DNA of 10,356 bases from Atribacterota bacterium (GTDB lineage: Bacteria > Atribacterota > Phoenicimicrobiia > Phoenicimicrobiales > Phoenicimicrobiaceae): assembly GCA_038203565.1 (NCBI GenBank), contig JBBRDV010000048.1, positions 1 through 10,356 on the forward strand. Reading direction: 5' to 3'. Both the position numbers and the translations under genes were made by a program. The notes below the pieces were generated by a model. It ran no database searches. It saw only the letters and a program-made list of their open reading frames with translations, and had not been told where the DNA came from. Below are positions 8,519 through 10,356 of the stretch, piece by piece (within the stretch, counting starts at the first letter, position 1; the number at the start of each line of letters is the position of its first letter).

Positions 8519-8879
8519 GTCACGGTAGGACAGCCAGTTACCCGACTGCCCCCGCACAGATCCCAGCGTGCGGAACTACCGCACTGGGCTCTTCAGAAAT
8601 ACTCGCTTCCGTAAAAGACAAATTAGTATTGCCTTCTTTGCTATTCCCTCTTTAAAATCTTACCATATGCAATTCTTTTGTATAGGCTTCCGTTGCAGAA
8701 ACGACGTCGCCATCTGCATTAATCTTTATTTACGAGGCTGTATAATTCAACTCCTGCCTGCAGCAGACAGGTCATCTAATGGTTACCCATTTTGATGCAA
8801 CACTTGGTATGGGTGGTTGGCTAGACCTTACCCAACAAGGACTTTCACCCTGTAAGAAATATAAAACTTCTTGGCGCTC
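8519..8879 (-). ncRNA. Group II intron remnant, ORF-less and internally deleted (361 nt)
   Basis: 5' end GAGCGCCAAG (variant of GUGYG) with domain I motifs CAGGGTGAAAGTCC and GCCAACCACCC. Domain V AGAGCCCAGTGCGGTAGTTCCGCACGCTGGGATCT (8558-8592) has the AGC triad and AC bulge. Domain VI has a bulged A and an ...CCGTGAC 3' end. No RT ORF and no recognisable DII/DIII. Confidence 0.88.
8753..8771. repeat. Short imperfect palindrome CCTGCCTGCAGCAGACAGG within intron domain I
   Basis: Arms CCTG(C)CTG and CAG(A)CAGG pair with one mismatch. It resembles small dispersed CCTGCCTGCCGGCAGGCAGG-type palindromes. Confidence 0.45.
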
Positions 8880-8886
8880 TTTCGCT

Positions 8887-8915
8887 AAAAGTTACCGAAT
8901 TATTAAACTGGTACA
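8887..8915 (-). repeat. 29-bp TGT-terminated repeat, copy 4
   Basis: AAAAGTTACCGAATTATTAAACTGGTACA, followed by CCT as in copy 2. Confidence 0.75.
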
Positions 8916-8982
8916 CCTTCTCACTGTATTTAATTTAAAGGCAAAATATTAATCATCTAAGAAAATGGGATGTGTCCCTTGT

Positions 8983-9165
8983 TCATAAGTCTGGGTTTCC
9001 GTAATTAAAAAATGATTTAGAATTATCATTAAGCCATTCATAGTAATCATTTTCAACATACTTACAGAAAGTTTCTAGCAAATCTCTGAATAATATATTC
9101 TTAGGTATGTAAATTCCGTCTAATGCCTCTTCTAAAAATTCTTTTACACTTTGCCTATCTATCAT
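8983..9165 (-). CDS. Small acidic hypothetical protein (60 aa), possibly 3'-truncated
   Basis: Start overlaps the upstream stop (ATGA, 9162-9165). The stop is 3 nt from the inverted repeat of element B. Confidence 0.6.
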   Translation of the reverse strand: MIDRQSVKEFLEEALDGIYIPKNILFRDLLETFCKYVENDYYEWLNDNSKSFFNYGNPDL

Positions 9166-10193
9166 TTTCTCATCTCCAATGGATCGAATATTAACTTGTC
9201 ATCTTTTACAGAATATGTATAACAATTAATGGAATATAAACCTTTTACATCTTCAATACGCTTTCTTAATTTATTTTTAACTTCAACTTGATTACCAAAA
9301 TCTCTACCTATTAAAATTCCTTTTATCATTCTATGTTTGACTCCTGGTATTAAACGAGTAGCCCATTCTATATACCTAATTAACTGGTCAACAAAAAACG
9401 GATCAATAATTCCCTTTTTTAGCTCAAAAACAGTAGCATTTATCGTTAACCACATATCTAACACTTTCTTTTTGTATAGACAAACTATGTCAATTGCCCC
9501 ACCAGCAATATAGGTACTAACTTGGTTTAAAATATTGTAATCGTAGTTTTGATTCCATCCTGTTCTAAAACCAGAAAGATCATGAATTATTTTAGGATTT
9601 CTCAACAAATATGCTTCTAAATATGTCTCCATTCTAAATTCTTTTATTCTACCACCCTTAAATTGTAATAGATTTACTTTTCCTTCATAAAAGGTGTGAC
9701 TTAAATATTCTTCCTTATATTTCCCACTTTTTGGATTTTCCTGCAACAAAGTTTGTAATAATAATATTCCTTCTTCGTCCAATAAACTTATAACTGCTTT
9801 GTCAATCAAAGCAGAGCTATCTATTACTGTTTTTATTTTTCCTTCTTCTTTTAAATCCCAAAGTATCTCAATCGGAATAGGATTTAAACAAACATGCTCC
9901 TTTAAATATTCAATTTTTATTCTATAAGGATATTTATCCTTACCTGGATATCTTTCATCTTCCGCCCATACAAGTTTATCGTTGTAAAATAGCTCACTCG
10001 TTACTTCAAATGGACCATGAATAAAACCTGATGTCCTTAAACCAACTTTATGTGCTGTATAATAAAAAACAACATCTCCTTTCCAAATATTAGCTAATTG
10101 ATTCAAGTTTCTCTCACTTACTCCAAATAAACCGTATTCTTCACTGATCGAAAAATATTTAGGTGAATTCAATATATGAAATTTACGTTGCAT
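9162..10193 (-). CDS. EVE (PUA-like) domain fused to a NucS-like PD-(D/E)XK endonuclease; candidate modification-dependent restriction enzyme
   Basis: N-terminal GLFGV...L.NI.KGDVVFYY...IHGPFEVTSELFYND..VW...YPYRIKI is EVE-like. C-terminal E..LEAYL...GAIDIV...VFELKK...DQLIRY...KGILIG is PD-(D/E)XK. RBS GAGGA at 10201-10205. Confidence 0.8.
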   Translation of the reverse strand: MQRKFHILNSPKYFSISEEYGLFGVSERNLNQLANIWKGDVVFYYTAHKVGLRTSGFIHGPFEVTSELFYNDKLVWAEDERYPGKDKYPYRIKIEYLKEHVCLNPIPIEILWDLKEEGKIKTVIDSSALIDKAVISLLDEEGILLLQTLLQENPKSGKYKEEYLSHTFYEGKVNLLQFKGGRIKEFRMETYLEAYLLRNPKIIHDLSGFRTGWNQNYDYNILNQVSTYIAGGAIDIVCLYKKKVLDMWLTINATVFELKKGIIDPFFVDQLIRYIEWATRLIPGVKHRMIKGILIGRDFGNQVEVKNKLRKRIEDVKGLYSINCYTYSVKDDKLIFDPLEMRK

Positions 10194-10356
10194 TTTTATA
10201 TCCTCACTGGGGTAAAATTTTCACCTACTATTTTACTTTTTTGCGGTACAATCTTAAAAAAAACATTATTGCCTCTTTGCATTTTTTTTAAATGTCTTCT
10301 TAATATAATGTAGGGTTTTATTGGTTTTTTCTTAAAATCTCTGGTGGGTTTAGTAC

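Larger units (their letters stand above)
8434..8979 (-). mobile_element. Non-autonomous composite element, copy B, bounded by perfect 18-bp inverted repeats and interrupted by a group II intron remnant
   Basis: AGGGACACATCCCATTTT (8434-8451) and AAAATGGGATGTGTCCCT (8962-8979) are exact reverse complements, each containing a GGGA-N4-TCCC hairpin. The interior, once the intron is removed, aligns to 5401-5555. Confidence 0.78.

Noticed and set aside
8568..8795. 75-aa plus ORF as intron-encoded protein
   Set aside because: Antisense to the intron and has no RT motifs.
320..8915. CRISPR array or integron attC interpretation of the 29-bp repeats
   Set aside because: Spacing is 0.7-5 kb and irregular, there are no cas or intI genes in the window, and I found no RYYYAAC...GTTRRRY attC-type hairpins.
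10211..10225. GGTAAAATTTTCACC near-palindrome upstream of the EVE gene as an operator
   Set aside because: Short, imperfect and AT-rich, with no regulator or second copy to support it.

Overview
AT-rich bacterial accessory region built as a mosaic of unrelated single genes. Intact CDSs: L-lactate permease, an MdtG-like MFS transporter, a GerMN-domain protein, a Dph6/MJ0570-like PP-loop ATPase, an EVE-domain + PD-(D/E)XK nuclease, and a small ORF coupled to it. Between them lie many gene remnants: DUF4384, frameshifted YpfJ zinc peptidase, SnoaL/NTF2, IstB, IS110, IS1182, DUF1801, and sugar-ABC ATPase/permease pieces. The non-coding structure is the most striking part. (i) Short REP-like motifs of the kind found next to REP-associated tyrosine transposases (GGGACACATCCC, GACAGAGAACC) sit within about 30 nt of the stop codon of five genes or gene remnants. 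(ii) A ~160-bp composite element (RAYT-like 3' end + TGT-terminated repeat + GGGATGTGTCCC end) occurs twice, once empty and once interrupted by a 361-nt ORF-less group II intron remnant. (iii) A 29-bp TGT-terminated motif occurs four times in direct orientation. Together these suggest a cassette-like gene-accumulation hotspot. All protein family calls come from motif recognition by eye, not from database searches.
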